Part shown: piece by piece, positions 38,922-53,371 of the stretch | How the letters are laid out: each line of letters starts with the position of its first letter | Numbering within the stretch: position 1 is the stretch's first letter | The notes under the pieces: generated by a model | Told to the model about the DNA's origin: nothing | What the model saw: the letters and a program-made list of their open reading frames with translations, nothing else | The model's database searches: none | Assembly (NCBI GenBank): GCA_951406725.2 | Contig: OX597819.1 | Span: 50,220,001 to 50,284,000 of the forward strand | DNA length: 64,000 bases | Direction: 5' to 3' | Origin: Octopus vulgaris | Lineage: Eukaryota | Position numbers and translations under genes: made by a program

Positions 38922-38985
<64 letters not shown>

Positions 38986-39012
38986 AAGTATGTATATATG
39001 TATGTTATGTAT

Positions 39013-39410
39013 AGTTCAGTCATTTAGACTGCGGCCATGCCGAAGCTCCACCTTGAAGAACGCATCGACCCTCAGTACTTAATCTTTTTAAAGCCTGGTA
39101 CTTATCCTAACGTTCTCTTTTGCCGAACCACTAAGTTACGAGACGTGTATACACGACACCAGTTGTCAAGTGGTGGTGGAAGAAAAACGCAGACATACGC
39201 ACATACACAACTCCTCTCCTGTAGACACACACACACACACTCGCACACACACACGATAGGTTTCACTTTCCGTCTACCAAATCCACTCAAAAGTCTTTGG
39301 TCGGCCCAGGGCTATAGTAAAAGGCACTTTCCCAAGGTACTCCGCAGTTGAACTATACACGGAACCATGTGGTTGAAAAGCATATGCCTTGCAACGCAAT
39401 CCCGCCCGCA
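39013..39410 (-). mobile_element. SINE family B, diverged
   Basis: Collinear with other family B copies. Confidence 0.8.
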
Positions 39411-39681
39411 CCTCTGTGTGTGTGTGTGTGTGCTTGTGTGTGTATGTGCCTGCGCGCGCGCGCGCGCGCGCGTGTGTGTGTGTATGTTCGCGCGCGTGTG
39501 TTTGATTCTGCCTAGCCGAACCTCTTCCACTCTCAGACTCTCACTTTTCTAACTTACTTCTTGGACTATCGTCGAACCTCTCATCCAGAACCATTTTAAA
39601 ACCACACCAATCGTATTACCACTGGAACTTCATATTTCTCGGATTCTACCATAAATCATGTATCTTAATGTATACTGTTTG

Positions 39682-39727
<46 letters not shown>

Positions 39728-39729
<2 letters not shown>

Positions 39730-39894
39730 CGCAGCAGTGGCTGTGTGATAAGATGCTTGCTTCCCAACCACATGCTTCCTGATTCAATCCCTGTGCGTGA
39801 CACCTTGGGCAAGTGTCTTCTACTATAGCATCGGGCCGACCAAAGGCTTGAGAGTAGTTTTGGTAGACGGAAACTGCAAGAAGCCTGTCGTGTA

Positions 39895-39931
<37 letters not shown>

Positions 39932-40137
39932 GTTTGTGTGTCTGTGTTTGTCCTCCACACCATCGCTTGACAACCGATGTTGGTGTGATTACGATCCCGT
40001 AACTTAGTGGTTCGTCCAAAAACCCCGATAGAATAAGTACTAGGTTTACAAAGAACAAGTCTTGGGGTCGATTTGTTCGACTAAAGGTTGTACCCCCTCC
40101 CCAGTACGGCCGCAGTCAAATGACTGAAACAAATAAA
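39728..40137 (+). mobile_element. SINE family B, full length
   Basis: tRNA-like head, CCTTGGGCAAGTGTCTTCTACTATAG, internal (TA)n, tail GTCAAATGACTGAAACAA. Confidence 0.88.
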
Positions 40138-40628
40138 TGAACAAATGAATATAGACGAACAGACAGACAAATAGATAAATAGATAAATAAATATATAGAT
40201 AGACAGACAGACCGTCAGATAGAAAAATAAAAAAACACACAAAATGGCGGTGCCCCAGCATGGTCACAGCTCATGAGCTGAAACTAGAATCAATCAATCA
40301 TACATAGATAGATAGATACCCACATACCATACCCCAGCTCATTTTCATAGACTTACTCAGCAGACAGCATTTTGTTTAACGCTAAAGTATTTGGAAATTG
40401 TTATCAGGGTCTGACTTTCTGCACACAAATGCCGTTGGTGTCTTTCATCCTCAAGAGGTCGACGTAGCTAGCAGTGTCATTACCGCGCTTGTCCGGTTTT
40501 ATGTCGTATGTTCAAATTTCGTTGTGATCATCTTTGCCTTTCATACTTTCGGAGTCGATAAAATATAACATCATTTGAGAATCGACTGCTCCATCTCAGT
40601 TTCAGGCCTTGTGCTTATAGTAGAAAGG

Positions 40629-40841
<213 letters not shown>

Positions 40842-41355
40842 GTGTGAGAGAGAAGTGCATGCCATCAAAGTGACACTGGGGTAAGCCCAGTACACCCATC
40901 ATGAGTACCCGGCTGATAAGGGTACACTAGGCACATGCATCACAACCACATGTGCGCGACATGGTGATCTCATATCAAGATAAACAGCACATGATCTTGC
41001 AGGTGGGGCCCAGTTAGAATTTTATTCTCGTGGAGTTGCCCATCTCGCTCAAAAGGTCCCTGAATAAGGGTTGTTTAAGGACGTTGAACGAAATACTCAA
41101 AGAGTTCCTCTCAACACACGGCTATGATGCTCCCCCACTACTTCTGCTCGTGATCAGAGATGCACATATCGTCAGCCATTAAGAGACATTTCAACTGGTT
41201 AAGGTCAAACAACTGACAAGCAAATCTGTGGTATTGAGCTGAATATTTGCTATAGCCCATCTTTTATACCCAGACAAAACAATGTACATGATAACACTTC
41301 CAATAAGTTAATATCGGAAGCCACGAGAACCACTGCCTGGTACTGCATCAGGGGC

Positions 41356-41356
<1 letters not shown>
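40842..41356 (-). mobile_element. TAA-associated non-coding element, copy 3
   Basis: Reverse complement of 31820-32374 with small deletions; (ATT)n on both sides. Confidence 0.9.
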
Positions 41357-41403
<47 letters not shown>

Positions 41404-41418
41404 GATTATTATTTTTAA

Positions 41419-41779
41419 GGTGGCGGTCTCGTAGAAACGTTCGCACGTCGGGAGAAATGCTTAGCCGTATTTCGTCTGCCGTTACGTTCTGAGTTCAAAT
41501 TCCGCCGAGGTCCACTTTGCCTTTCATCCTTTCGAGGTTGATTAAAGAAGTACCAGTTACGCACTGAGGTCGATATAATCGACTTAATCCGTTTGTCTGT
41601 CCTTGTTTGTCCTCTCTGTGTTTAGCCCCTTGTAGGTAGTAAAGAAATAGGTATTTCGTCTGTCTTCATGTTCTGAGTTCAAAATCCGTCGAGGTCGACT
41701 TTGCATTTTATCCTTTTGGGGTTGATGTAATTGACTATTCCTCTGCCCACGAATTCCAGGCCTTGTGACTGTAGTAGAA

Positions 41780-41780
<1 letters not shown>
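41419..41780 (+). mobile_element. SINE family A, dimeric form (two cores, two tails)
   Basis: GGTATTTCGTCTG..GTTCTGAGTTCAAA..GAGGTCGACTTTGC recurs at 41650; ends GTAGTAGAA then (ATT)n. Confidence 0.85.
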
Positions 41781-41839
<59 letters not shown>

Positions 41840-42248
41840 TCTGTTAGCAGAATTGTTAGAATGTCGGAAATAATTTTTCTTTCTTAACGTTTGTTGTTAC
41901 TATGAGTGTGCAATCGTACAAATCTATACAGTGCATAAAACATACATACACACATATACATACACTTATATACGTATATATGTGTGAATATATATATATA
42001 TATATATTTACACACACGCACACACATACTTACATATGCGTATATATAAACGTGCATTCGTTTTTACGCACATTAAACGCACATTCTCCCGTCTCAAATA
42101 ATGCATAAGTGTACACGCTCGGCTCTTTTATGGTTAGTAGTTCTAGTCAGTGAGCCGTGACCATGCTTGTAAAGTAGAACAGACAGAGAAAGATTCATAT
42201 ATACGCAGAGAACAGAAATTGATAGATAGAGAATTATAAATACAAACG

Positions 42249-42320
<72 letters not shown>

Positions 42321-42544
42321 AAGAGAGTGAGTGAAAGAGAAAGAGAGAGGGAGAAGGGAAGCGTGTTTGATGAGCAGATAAGCAAGGAGAAAAGAACCAG
42401 CGACGGGCATAGACAAGGTACGGTGCTTAGAAGAGTTCACCAATGCTTTCGTTTATGTCAATAGTAATCGTTGTACGTGAATCCAGAAAAACATATTAAG
42501 GGCTTCAATGTTAATGTATAGACTATTGCATATTTATGCGCATA

Positions 42545-42880
42545 GGCATAGGAGTGGCTGTGTGGTAAGTAGCTTGCTTACCAACCATATGGTTTCGGGT
42601 TCAGTCCCACTGCGGAGCACCTTGGGCAAGTGTCTTCTACTATTAGCCTCGGGCCGACCAAAGCCTTGTGAGTGGATTTGGTAGACGGAAACTGAAAGAA
42701 GCCCCTCGTATATATGTATGTGTGTGTGTGTATATGTTTGCGTGTCTGTGTTTATCCCTCACCCCCAACATCACTTGACAACCGATGCTGGTGTGTTTAT
42801 GTCCCCGTAACTTGTCGGTTCGGCAAAGAGACCGATAGAATAAGTGCTAGGCTTACAAAGAATAAGTCCTGGAGTAGATT
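42545..42880 (+). mobile_element. SINE family B, 3' end missing
   Basis: GGCATAGGAGTGGCTGTGTGGTAAG head; high identity to 53800-54195. Confidence 0.9.
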
Positions 42881-42889
42881 TTATATATA

Positions 42890-43039
<150 letters not shown>

Positions 43040-43043
43040 ATAC

Positions 43044-43121
<78 letters not shown>

Positions 43122-43133
43122 CACACATAAGTT

Positions 43134-43362
43134 GGCGAGCTGGCAGAATCGTTGGCAGGCCGAGCGAAATGCTTAGCGGTATTTCTTCTGCCGTTTCGTT
43201 CTGATTTCAAATTCAGCCGAAGTCGACTTTGCCTTTCATCCTTTCGGGGTCGATGAATTAAGTACCAGTTACGCACTGGGGTCGATGTAATCGACTTAAT
43301 CCGTTTGTCTGTCCTTGTTTGTCCCCTCTGTGTGTAGCCCCTTGTGGGCAGTAAAGAAACAG
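43134..43362 (+). mobile_element. SINE family A
   Basis: Closely similar to 12104-12333. Confidence 0.9.
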
Positions 43363-43376
43363 TAAAACTATTGTTT

Positions 43377-43472
43377 CGCCTACAGGAGGAGAAATGAACC
43401 CACGACCCTCAGATGACTCTGTTAAGATTCAGTCGTAAAAGTCTGATGCTCTACCGTCTGAGCTATGCATTT
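43377..43472 (-). tRNA. tRNA-Lys(UUU) pseudogene with a 21-nt intron at position 37/38
   Basis: Minus strand: TGCATAGCTCAGACGGTAGAGCATCAGACTTTTA [CGACTGAATCTTAACAGAGTC, 43435-43415] ATCTGAGGGTCGTGGGTTCA...TGTAGGCG. D and anticodon arms match metazoan tRNA-Lys(UUU); the 5' acceptor strand and T arm are damaged. Confidence 0.85.
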
Positions 43473-44004
43473 TAGAAATGCGCTTTTGAAATGAAACCTA
43501 TTTTGTTTGAGTGTTATGAATTAACGAAATCAGAGTTTCGTAGCTAAAATGTTAAATCTGCAGAACGAAGCTGTTGTAGTTGTACTCGATTCGCGTATAG
43601 AGTCTTCTTTGCACTTCTTATATCTTTGATCCGAGAATTCTCTCTCTCTCTTTGTCTCCCCTCTCTCTCACACTCACATAACCATGTTTCTGTCTATATA
43701 TACATTTGTTTACACACCTACATGCATATATACATACATATGTTTCTTTACACAAGTCTCGTGCCTACAGCCATACTGTCTGTTTCGTATGTAGACACAC
43801 ACACTCATACATCATCCATATTATTGTCTGATGGTCGACATAATAGACCTGTCGCTATCGTATCTCCGAAGCTGATTACTAGATTTGCTATACTAATGTG
43901 AATGCCATTAAGGAACACTATTAGAGATTTGGGAGTCTACTTAATGTGATATATTGAGGAGGAGATATAGAGTGGGGTGTTGCTTACTTCCTTCATACTA
44001 CTTT

Positions 44005-45590
44005 CAAATTTTGGTGCAAGGCCAGCAAATTATTTTTAGGGAGAATCAGGCATTCGATTCCATTAACACCAGTGCTCATTTAATATGTATGTTATCGACC
44101 TCCGTTAAATATTGATCTTCGCAGAATTTGAAGTCAAAACGTAAAAAACCGGAAGAAATACTACTAAGCATGTTGTCCAACGCGCTGGCGATTCTGCTAC
44201 CTCATCACCCCTTCCCTCTTGGTATTTGGAATAATATAGTGTCTGTTGGATTGGACTTCATTGTTACAATTCATTGTACGTCGTTTTGAAGATCTCTGTT
44301 ACGGAAAAATTTCCGACAGATTCATCGCTTATGAACATGTTAGTTAAATGGTGATTAATGCAATGATAAAAATAAATCAAGAAGAAAATAACAAAACAAG
44401 AAAAAAAGACTTAGCGTTTCCATAACAAGGAACCGTTTTATCTAATTTAAATTTTCCTATGAAGTCCAGACTTTTGAATGATCTTTCTTCTCAATAAATT
44501 TTGAACACAGTTAACGGAGCTTAGTACTACTTTTTGGACCCCTAACTGGGAACAACTGCTGAAGATATTTTGAGCTGTCATATTCGCCAGAACAACCGGA
44601 TGTGTCATTGTGATTAAAGGATTTAGGAGTTTGGGGTTTATGAGATTATATCACTAGAGGCGGGGGAACTGATTTAAACTTTCTAACTGGATTATCGCCA
44701 TCATCCGTTTATTTGGAAACGAATTATTTATGCCTTATTAGTTAGTGGGAAAGGTATAACATTTAACTTAATATGTGATTGATACTTTGCCTTTCCTCAT
44801 TGAAGGAATGATAGGCAAAGTTGACTTTTGCGAAATTTGATCTCAGAACGTATAAATGCCAGATCAAGATATTTCTGTTCGACGTTTTCAGATTCTGCCA
44901 TTCCTCCATCCTTGTAACAATTATTTCCACTATAGGCACAACGCCTTTAATAGACCTAAAGCGATCCCCGTGTTCAATTTCATCCTTTCGACCCCGAAAG
45001 GATAAAAGGCAAAAATCAACCTCGGCGGAATTTGAACTCAGAGAGTAAAGACGGACGAAATGCCGTTAAGCATTTTTGTCCGGCATGCTAACGATTCTGT
45101 CAGCTGCCAGCTCCCAGCCTTATTTCCAAATGATAAAATAATCCTTTCTATTATTGGAACGAAATTTTGTGGGAAGGGGCTCGCCGATTACATTGACCCC
45201 CAGGGCTCAACTGGTACTTTTTTTTTTATCGATCCTGAAAGGATGAAAAGCAAAGTTGACAATGGCAGACGAAATGTCGGACAGACGAAATACTGCTAAG
45301 CAATTTTGTCTGGCGTGCTAACGACCCTGCCAGTTCGCCGCCTTATATCATTGTACCAGTAATAATAATCCGCCTATGGTTTGTAGTATATTCACAAGGC
45401 CACACGTTTTGAGTTATAAAAGGTGGTAGCGAGAGGCATCTAACAATCGATCATATCGATCCCACGAATGTGGGATTCTTATTTTATCGGTCCTGGAAGA
45501 ATGAAAGGTAAATATCGATCTTGGTAGGCCTTGAACTCAGAATGGATAAAGGGGCGTAGCTAACACGCTGCAAGATTCTTTCAGTGCGTT
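44005..45590 (-). mobile_element. Cluster of decayed SINE family A copies (~44005-44210, 44985-45110, 45140-45345, 45440-45545)
   Basis: Repeated GAAAGGATGAAAGG..GAATTTGAACTCAGA..GCTAAGCATTT motifs. Confidence 0.75.
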
Positions 45591-46239
45591 TGCCTTTGCG
45601 GCAAGTATAATTAAAGTATGATAATGATGAGTTCATCTATTGAAACAAGAAAGTAAATTTGTAGGCAGAGGAATGGGTAAGGTGGGAGGTTATTATCAAA
45701 TCAATCCACGAGGAGGAGAAAGAAGATGGAAGAAAAATGCACGGCTGGCTTCGTTGGTATATTTACTTCTAACCATTTTCCTTAAAATAACACGAATATC
45801 AACAAGCCCTTTTATACATCAACGTCAACTCAAACACACAAAGACGCATGCACACACGCAGACATACACATGCACCCACACACACGCGCAGACACACACA
45901 TGCACACACATATACACACACGTATACATATTCTCTTCCACTTCTGCTCTGTTCAAACTTCATTATGCTTAACTTTGGTGCGCCTCCAAAATATTTCCTT
46001 TCCACTAACACCAATAGGAACAACAATTTGTTTTCAATTCAATAACCCCTTATATGTTCATGACCCTCACCCAGCTTTTCTTATATTAAATGATTCTCCT
46101 TCGACTCCTAACATACTCACTGAACTCTCCCTCAGCCATTTATACTCAGTGATTTACTCTCACCTTTAGCTCTTGAAATATCCACTGGTTCTCACTCATA
46201 ATTCTGACTCTCCCGCAAACCCTGTTTATAATTCCCTGA

Positions 46240-46541
46240 TGAGGGTTCCAGTTGATTCGATCAACGGAACAGCCGGCTCGTGAAACTAATGTGCAAGCGG
46301 CTGAGCATTCTACAGACACGCGTGCCCTTAACGTAGTTCTCAGGGAGATTCATCGTGAAACAGAATGTGTCAAAGCTGGCATTTGCAATTACAGGTACTA
46401 CTCAGTTTTGCCAGCTCAGTGAACGAGAACAGCGTGAAATAAAACTGTGTTGCTGAAGGACACAACATGTTGCCGGGAATACGAACTCACGACCTTATGG
46501 TCGTCAGCCAAATACTCTAACCATTGAACCACACGCCTTCA
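46240..46541 (-). mobile_element. SINE family C variant with a third 3' tail
   Basis: Head TGGTTCAATGGTTAGAG..GTTCGTATTCCC; middle as in 28360-28440; tail ending in hairpin GTTCCGTTGATCGAATCAACTGGAAC. Confidence 0.82.
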
Positions 46542-46664
46542 CTCCGATATTACATACTCTCTGAATCTACCTCAGTCCCTCATACACTCACGCTCCTTGT
46601 TCTATCTATTGAGTCTTTCATTTAGTTTCATCTCACTTTTATCCTAAAGGTTTCACCCACTTAG

Positions 46665-46755
46665 TTTGTTTTTCTTTCTTTCTTTCCTTCATCCGTTCTT
46701 TCTTTCCTTTCTTTTCTTTCTTTCTTTCATCCTTTCTTTCTTCCTTCCATTCTCC

Positions 46756-46818
<63 letters not shown>

Positions 46819-46820
46819 TT

Positions 46821-46852
<32 letters not shown>

Positions 46853-46984
46853 TTCCTTTATTCCTTCCTTCCTTTCTTTCTTTCTTTCCTTCCTTTCTTT
46901 CTTTCTTTCTTCCTTTCTTTCTTTCTTTCTTTCTTCCTTTCTTCCTTCATTTCTCCCTTTCTGTCTTTCTTTCTTTCTTCCTCC

Positions 46985-47029
<45 letters not shown>

Positions 47030-47292
47030 TTCCCTCCCTCCTTCCTTTCCTTCTTTCCTTCTTTCCTCCCTCCTTCCCTCCCTCCCTTCCTCCTTCCTTC
47101 CTTCCTTCCTTCCTTCCTTCCTTCCTTCCTTCCTTCCTTCTTTCCTTTCTCCCTTCCTTTCTCTCTTTCTCCCTTCCTTTCTTTCTCCCTTTCTTTCTTT
47201 CTTTCTTTCTTACTTTCTTTCTTTCTCCCTTCCTTTCTGTCTCCCTTTCTTTCTTTCTTTCTTTCTTTCTTTCATTCTTTCATTCTTTTTCC

Positions 47293-47366
<74 letters not shown>

Positions 47367-47370
47367 TTCT
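46665..47370. repeat. ~700-bp (TTTC)n/(TTCC)n polypyrimidine tract
   Basis: Direct inspection. Confidence 0.95.
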
Positions 47371-48796
47371 CCATTTTATTTCCTAGCATTTCTCACCCTT
47401 TCCTTGTTTTCTTCTTATTATTTCACCTTTATTCCTATTTCTCTTCGTTTTCAAGATTTTCTTTCTTCATTTTTCTTGCTGTTTGTCTTCCTTTTCTTTC
47501 TATAGTATTTTCCTTTTACTTTCACCCTTTTCTTTCTCACTTCGTTCAGTCACTCATAGTTTACCTTCCTTCTTGCTTTCTACTTTTTATTTTCTTCATA
47601 CACATATATTTTTCGTTTGCTAGCCCGCCCGCCCAGCCCTTCCACCTATTATTTATTCATTTATTTATAAATTTCTTCTGTTAAGTCCTCTACCCCCACG
47701 ACCATCACCTCCTCATTTGTTCCTCGTTGCCTACCTCTTTACTGTCTTTCAACACCACAGGTTTTCTTACATATACACGCGCACACACAGACACACAGAC
47801 ACACAGACAAGCACACGCACACGTACCCACATGTACGCATTTACTGCAGTACAAAATGCCCACCCCTTTGCCCAACTCCTCTTCCCTCCTCGGACAACAC
47901 AGAAAACCTTCCCCAACCTTCAAGCATCTGCCCATCCACGCACCCACCCTCTCAGTCCTCCTCTCCACTCACACTCCACAATTACTACCACCTCCACACA
48001 CACAACCTTGCCTCTCCTTCTCCAACTACTCTCGTGCCACCCGCCCTCTATTTTCTTCAGACATCTCTCTCCCACCACCTAAAACCCTCCTCCTACTCAC
48101 GGATTTATAACACCTCCTCCTCCTCTTCTCCATCCTGTTCCTTCTCCTTTTCCTTCTCTCTTTCTCCTCCTTCTTCCACTCCACCTCCTACTTACCCACC
48201 TCCTTCACTCACACCACCACCCCTACTCATATATAAAGTCCCAGTGTTTGAGGGTGACAATGGCAACAATGAAGATATAAAGGTCCTTCACGAAACAAAA
48301 TGCGGCGTGGTGGGGCCGTTTAGGGCGTGGTCGACGATTGTGCCCCTAGGGTGGGGTGTAATGGTGGTGGCAGCGGTAGTAGTGCTGGTGGTGGGGGTAT
48401 TTACAAGCGTGAGTGGCGAGAGTAGGTGCCGTGGTAGTGTGTGTGGTGGGGAGAGTAGCAGTGGCTGTATGGTGGTGGTGGTGGAGGTGGAGTTCTTATG
48501 CGTGATGCAAAGGACGGGGTGTGCGGTGGGGAGTATGGAGTTGTTGTGGTAGTAATGGTGGTGGTGGTGGTGGTGGTGGTGGTGGTGGTGGTGGTGTTGT
48601 TGTTGTTGTTGGTGGTGGTGGTGGCAATGTTCCCTGAATTGAAGATGTCGGAAAATACAAGATGGCCGTATATGTGTGGTTGTACATACGGTTATGTGTG
48701 TATGTCTGTGCGCATGTGTAAACATACATTTATTACTTATGGGTTGTTATTTGCGCATTTAGAGTATGTACACACGCGCATACACACACACACACT

Positions 48797-48831
<35 letters not shown>

Positions 48832-48962
48832 CAATCACTACACACACACAGATACACACACACATATGATGTTTGTGAATGTTTGTCGATATCATTTGTG
48901 CGTTGGTGTATGATTGCATATAGCTGTTTGCAATATGTATGCACAATATGCATATCTGCATG

Positions 48963-49015
<53 letters not shown>

Positions 49016-49619
49016 CCTATATATACATACACACACATATATATATACATCTCTCTCTCTCTCTCTGTATATATATATATATATATACACACAAATATAT
49101 ACAAATATATATATACAAATATATATATATATATATACTCAATATAAAATAGTGTACATATATATATATATATAAACATATATATGCATATACGTACACA
49201 CACACATATATATACATGTACATATACATGTGTATATATATATATATATATAATACATGCCTGCACACACTCACACACACACACACACACATACAAGCAA
49301 GCATACACACATACACATACACGCACATATGCACACATGCACACATGCACAAACGCACACACAAACACACAAGTTTATTTACTGCAATTTCACATATATG
49401 TACAACATATGTTTGTGCTTGCGTAGGCATATACATAGGTCTGAATACGTGTATATGAGTATACGTAACTGCTCATATACGTGTGCACTGAGAGTGAATA
49501 GGCATAACGCAATAATAGTCTTGATATACGGAAGTTTATGTATATGTGCATGTGTTGTTATATATATATGCATGTATATTAATGTATATATATGCATATA
49601 TATATGATATATATGTATA

Positions 49620-49669
<50 letters not shown>

Positions 49670-50410
49670 TCATAAGTGTATTTATATGTATGTGTATATA
49701 TATATGTGTGTGTGTATGTGTGTGTGTGTGTGTATGTGCATGAGTATGTATGTATAATATTTATTCGTATGCATTTGCACGAATCTATATTTATACTAGT
49801 GATGACACGAATACGTGAGTGTGTGTATGTGATTGTATGTGTGTGTGTATATATGTGTGTGTGTGTATGTGTGTGTATGTGTGCGTGTGTGTGTGTATGT
49901 GTGTGTATGTGTGTGTGCGTGTGTATGCTTACGTATGTAGGGGTGGGAATGTATCGATGATGGAAATACATCAAGAAGAAAAGAAGAGTAAATATGGCGG
50001 ACTGGTGGCTGAAAGGAGTTGCGTAAATATATTAGGTTGATAGTGGGGTGGGGTGGGGGTTGTGGTGGGATGCTGGGGGGTAAGGGATATTCTTGGGGCA
50101 TGGGTAGTGTGCAGGGTAGGGTGAGTGGATGGGTAAACAATGTTTGTGAAACTGGACAAGATTGCTTGTTGTGTGACTAGGATTGGTAATACTGAAGGCG
50201 GCACCGGTGGTGGTTGCGAGACCAGCGGCACATTGCTGGGCAGGTTGTTGTTATAGTTGTCATTGTCGTGAGTAACAGTCCTTGTTTATCTCAGTTGTGC
50301 CACATTCATGCACAGAAATGATTATAAGGGTTCCAGCCATGACCATCTCGCGTGTTTCTTTTTTTTTTTTTATTTTTATATCAGGTTTACACGCTGACCA
50401 ATCTGCCCAC

Positions 50411-50633
50411 CTCTTTTTACTCTTTTACTTGTTTCAGTCATTTGAGTGTGGCCATGCTGGAGCACCGCCTTTAGTCGAGCACATCGACCCCAGGACTTAT
50501 TCTTTGTAAGCCTAGTGCTTATTCTATCGGTCACTTTTGCCGAACCGCTAAGTTACGGGATGTAAACACACCAGCATCGGTTGTCAAGCGATGTTGGAAG
50601 GACAAACACAGACACACAAACATATAAACACAG

Positions 50634-50712
<79 letters not shown>

Positions 50713-50772
50713 TATACGACGGGCTTCTTTCAGTTTCCGTCTACCAAATCCACTCACAAGTCGTTGGTCGGC
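50411..50772 (-). mobile_element. SINE family B, 5'-truncated
   Basis: High identity to 53732-54090. Confidence 0.9.
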
Positions 50773-51810
50773 TTGTTTTCAAATAGGAGATTGGGATTTA
50801 ATGATGAGAAAGATTTGGCTGCTATTTCTAGTAATCGACTGACTATGTGAGGCTGTCTCGTTGGTCGGATATAAAGATGAGGATTGTGTGACTGATTGTT
50901 AATAATGGTAGTTATACGGGTGGAAATGGTAATATTAATGATGATGTTCGTGGTAGTAGTGGTGGTGGTGGTGATGATGATGGTGGTGGTACTGGTGGTG
51001 ATCGTGGTGTTGGTGGTGAAGCTGGTGGTAGTTAGTGATGGTGGTAGTTAGTGATGGTGGCAGTGGCTATGGTGGCGGTGGCGATGGTGGTGGTGGTGGT
51101 GAAGGTGGCGATGGCCATGGTGTCGGAGTGTGTGTCAGTGGTGTTGATAGTGATGGTGGTTGTTGAGTTGGTGATAGTCGTGTGATGGTGGTGGTGATGG
51201 TAGCAGTAGGAAGCTGGTGATGGTGATGGTGGTGATAGTGAGGGTAGCGGTAGGAAGCTGGTTGTGGTGATGGTAGTGATAGTGAGGATGGCGGTAGGAA
51301 TCTGGTGGTGGTGGTGGTGGATGCAGTAGTGGTGGTGGTTGTGATGGTGGTAGTGGTGGTGGTGTTTATGATGGTAGTGGTGGTGGCGGCGGCGACGGGT
51401 GATATATGCAGTGAAGTAGATAAGGGATGAAGATATCGAGTGTTAGCGGTGACGATAGGTGTGAGTGCTGGTGGGAGCGTGTTGTGACGGGTAAGGGTTG
51501 TCCTTCCCGATGGCAGAAAAAAAAAAGACGGCGGTTTTAGTTGATGTGGTATGTGAAAGGTGAAGCTGAGGCGTGGGGGAATTTGTCAGAGGTGTGAGGG
51601 CTGTGAGAATGTGCGCGTGCGCGTGTCTGTGTGTATGAAAGTGTGAATCTGTATGTATGTATGTATGTATGTTTGCATGCATGCATGTGTATGTGTGAGT
51701 GTGTGCGTGTATGTGTGCGAGTGCATGCATACGGACCGCTTACGTGTAATCATATACCTTCATGAATCTTTATTTGCGTCCATTTGCCACCTTGACACTA
51801 AATACACACA

Positions 51811-51862
<52 letters not shown>

Positions 51863-51992
51863 CTCTCTCTCTCTCTCACCATACACACACATTCGTATAC
51901 AAAATTACATGTATTGACGCACAGGAACAAAACGACATAAGGGTACATATGCATATATATATATATATATATATATACATACATACATATAT

Positions 51993-52064
<72 letters not shown>

Positions 52065-52134
52065 ATGTGTGTATATATTCATATACACACACATGTGTGT
52101 ACATATATATATATATATGTGTATATCTATGTAC

Positions 52135-52166
<32 letters not shown>

Positions 52167-53315
52167 CTGTGTGTGTGTGCTTATACACACATGCACATAT
52201 ATATGTGCACACTCATGCACACAAATATATATATAAGTATGCACACACACATGCACACAAATATGTATATATTATATGTGTGTGCTCCTTTTGTTTGTTC
52301 GTATGTGTGTCTTAGTGTGTGTGTATGTGTGCGCGTTTGTGTGTGTATGTGTGTGTGTACGCATACGTGGGAAATGCGCCTTCATGAACGTTCATGAATC
52401 TTGTTCTCTTCTGTTCATTTTCATCCCTCTGCATGCATGCATTTTTTTCGTCTTCATTCACATGCATGTATATTTGTTTATACATTTTTGTATGCATGAT
52501 CGTGGGTGACCGTATATTTGTGCACTAACGCGAACATGAAGGGGAAGTGAAAAAAAAAATCCCAAAATTAAATAACAAACAATAATAAAAATAAAGCTCC
52601 AGTAAAATAAAGAAATATAAACATATTGTAATAATATGAAAAAAAAAGCAAACAAAATCATAACACAGTAAAAACAAAGGTGTATATATGAAATATGGAG
52701 ATAAAAATATAAATAAATGGATAAATGAATAGAAATATAAACGAAAAAAAAACCCAAACAAAATAACAATAACAATGATGTAGCTGCATAAACAAGGAAA
52801 GAAAAATGCATCAACAAAATGACAATAAAGGCAAGAACAAATGTAATAATAAGAACAATATTAGCACCGAGAACAGCAGCAACAACAACAACAACAACAG
52901 TAGAAGCAACAACAAAAACTACAACAGCAATAACAAAAACTACGACAACAACAAAAACAACAGCTACTACAAGTAAACAGTAATAAAAATATTGAATACC
53001 AATATGTGTATATGTACGTGTGTGTGTGTGTGTGTGTGTATAAAAAATATATATGATAGCTATTCAGCAGTAAGCACAACAACGACAACAAACAACAGCA
53101 GTACTAACAACAACAACAACAACAACAACAATATCAACAACTGTGTGAAGAAAATGAACAGTAGATGAAGTTTAAAAAAAAACAACTAAATTCAACAGTA
53201 TTATCAACAACGATCGTACAGCTGCAACTGCTGAGAATGATGATGATGATGATGAGGATAATGATGGTAATGACAGTGATGACGACGATGATGATGATGA
53301 TAATGATGATGATGG

Positions 53316-53371
<56 letters not shown>

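Noticed and set aside
46231-46300. CTGATGA...hairpin...GAAA as a hammerhead
   Set aside because: No stem I or stem III partner; the hairpin is the antisense of a SINE tail.
51200-51310. ~39-bp GTAGGAAGCTGGT repeat, three copies
   Set aside because: Slippage within a (GGT/GAT)n tract; no further structure.
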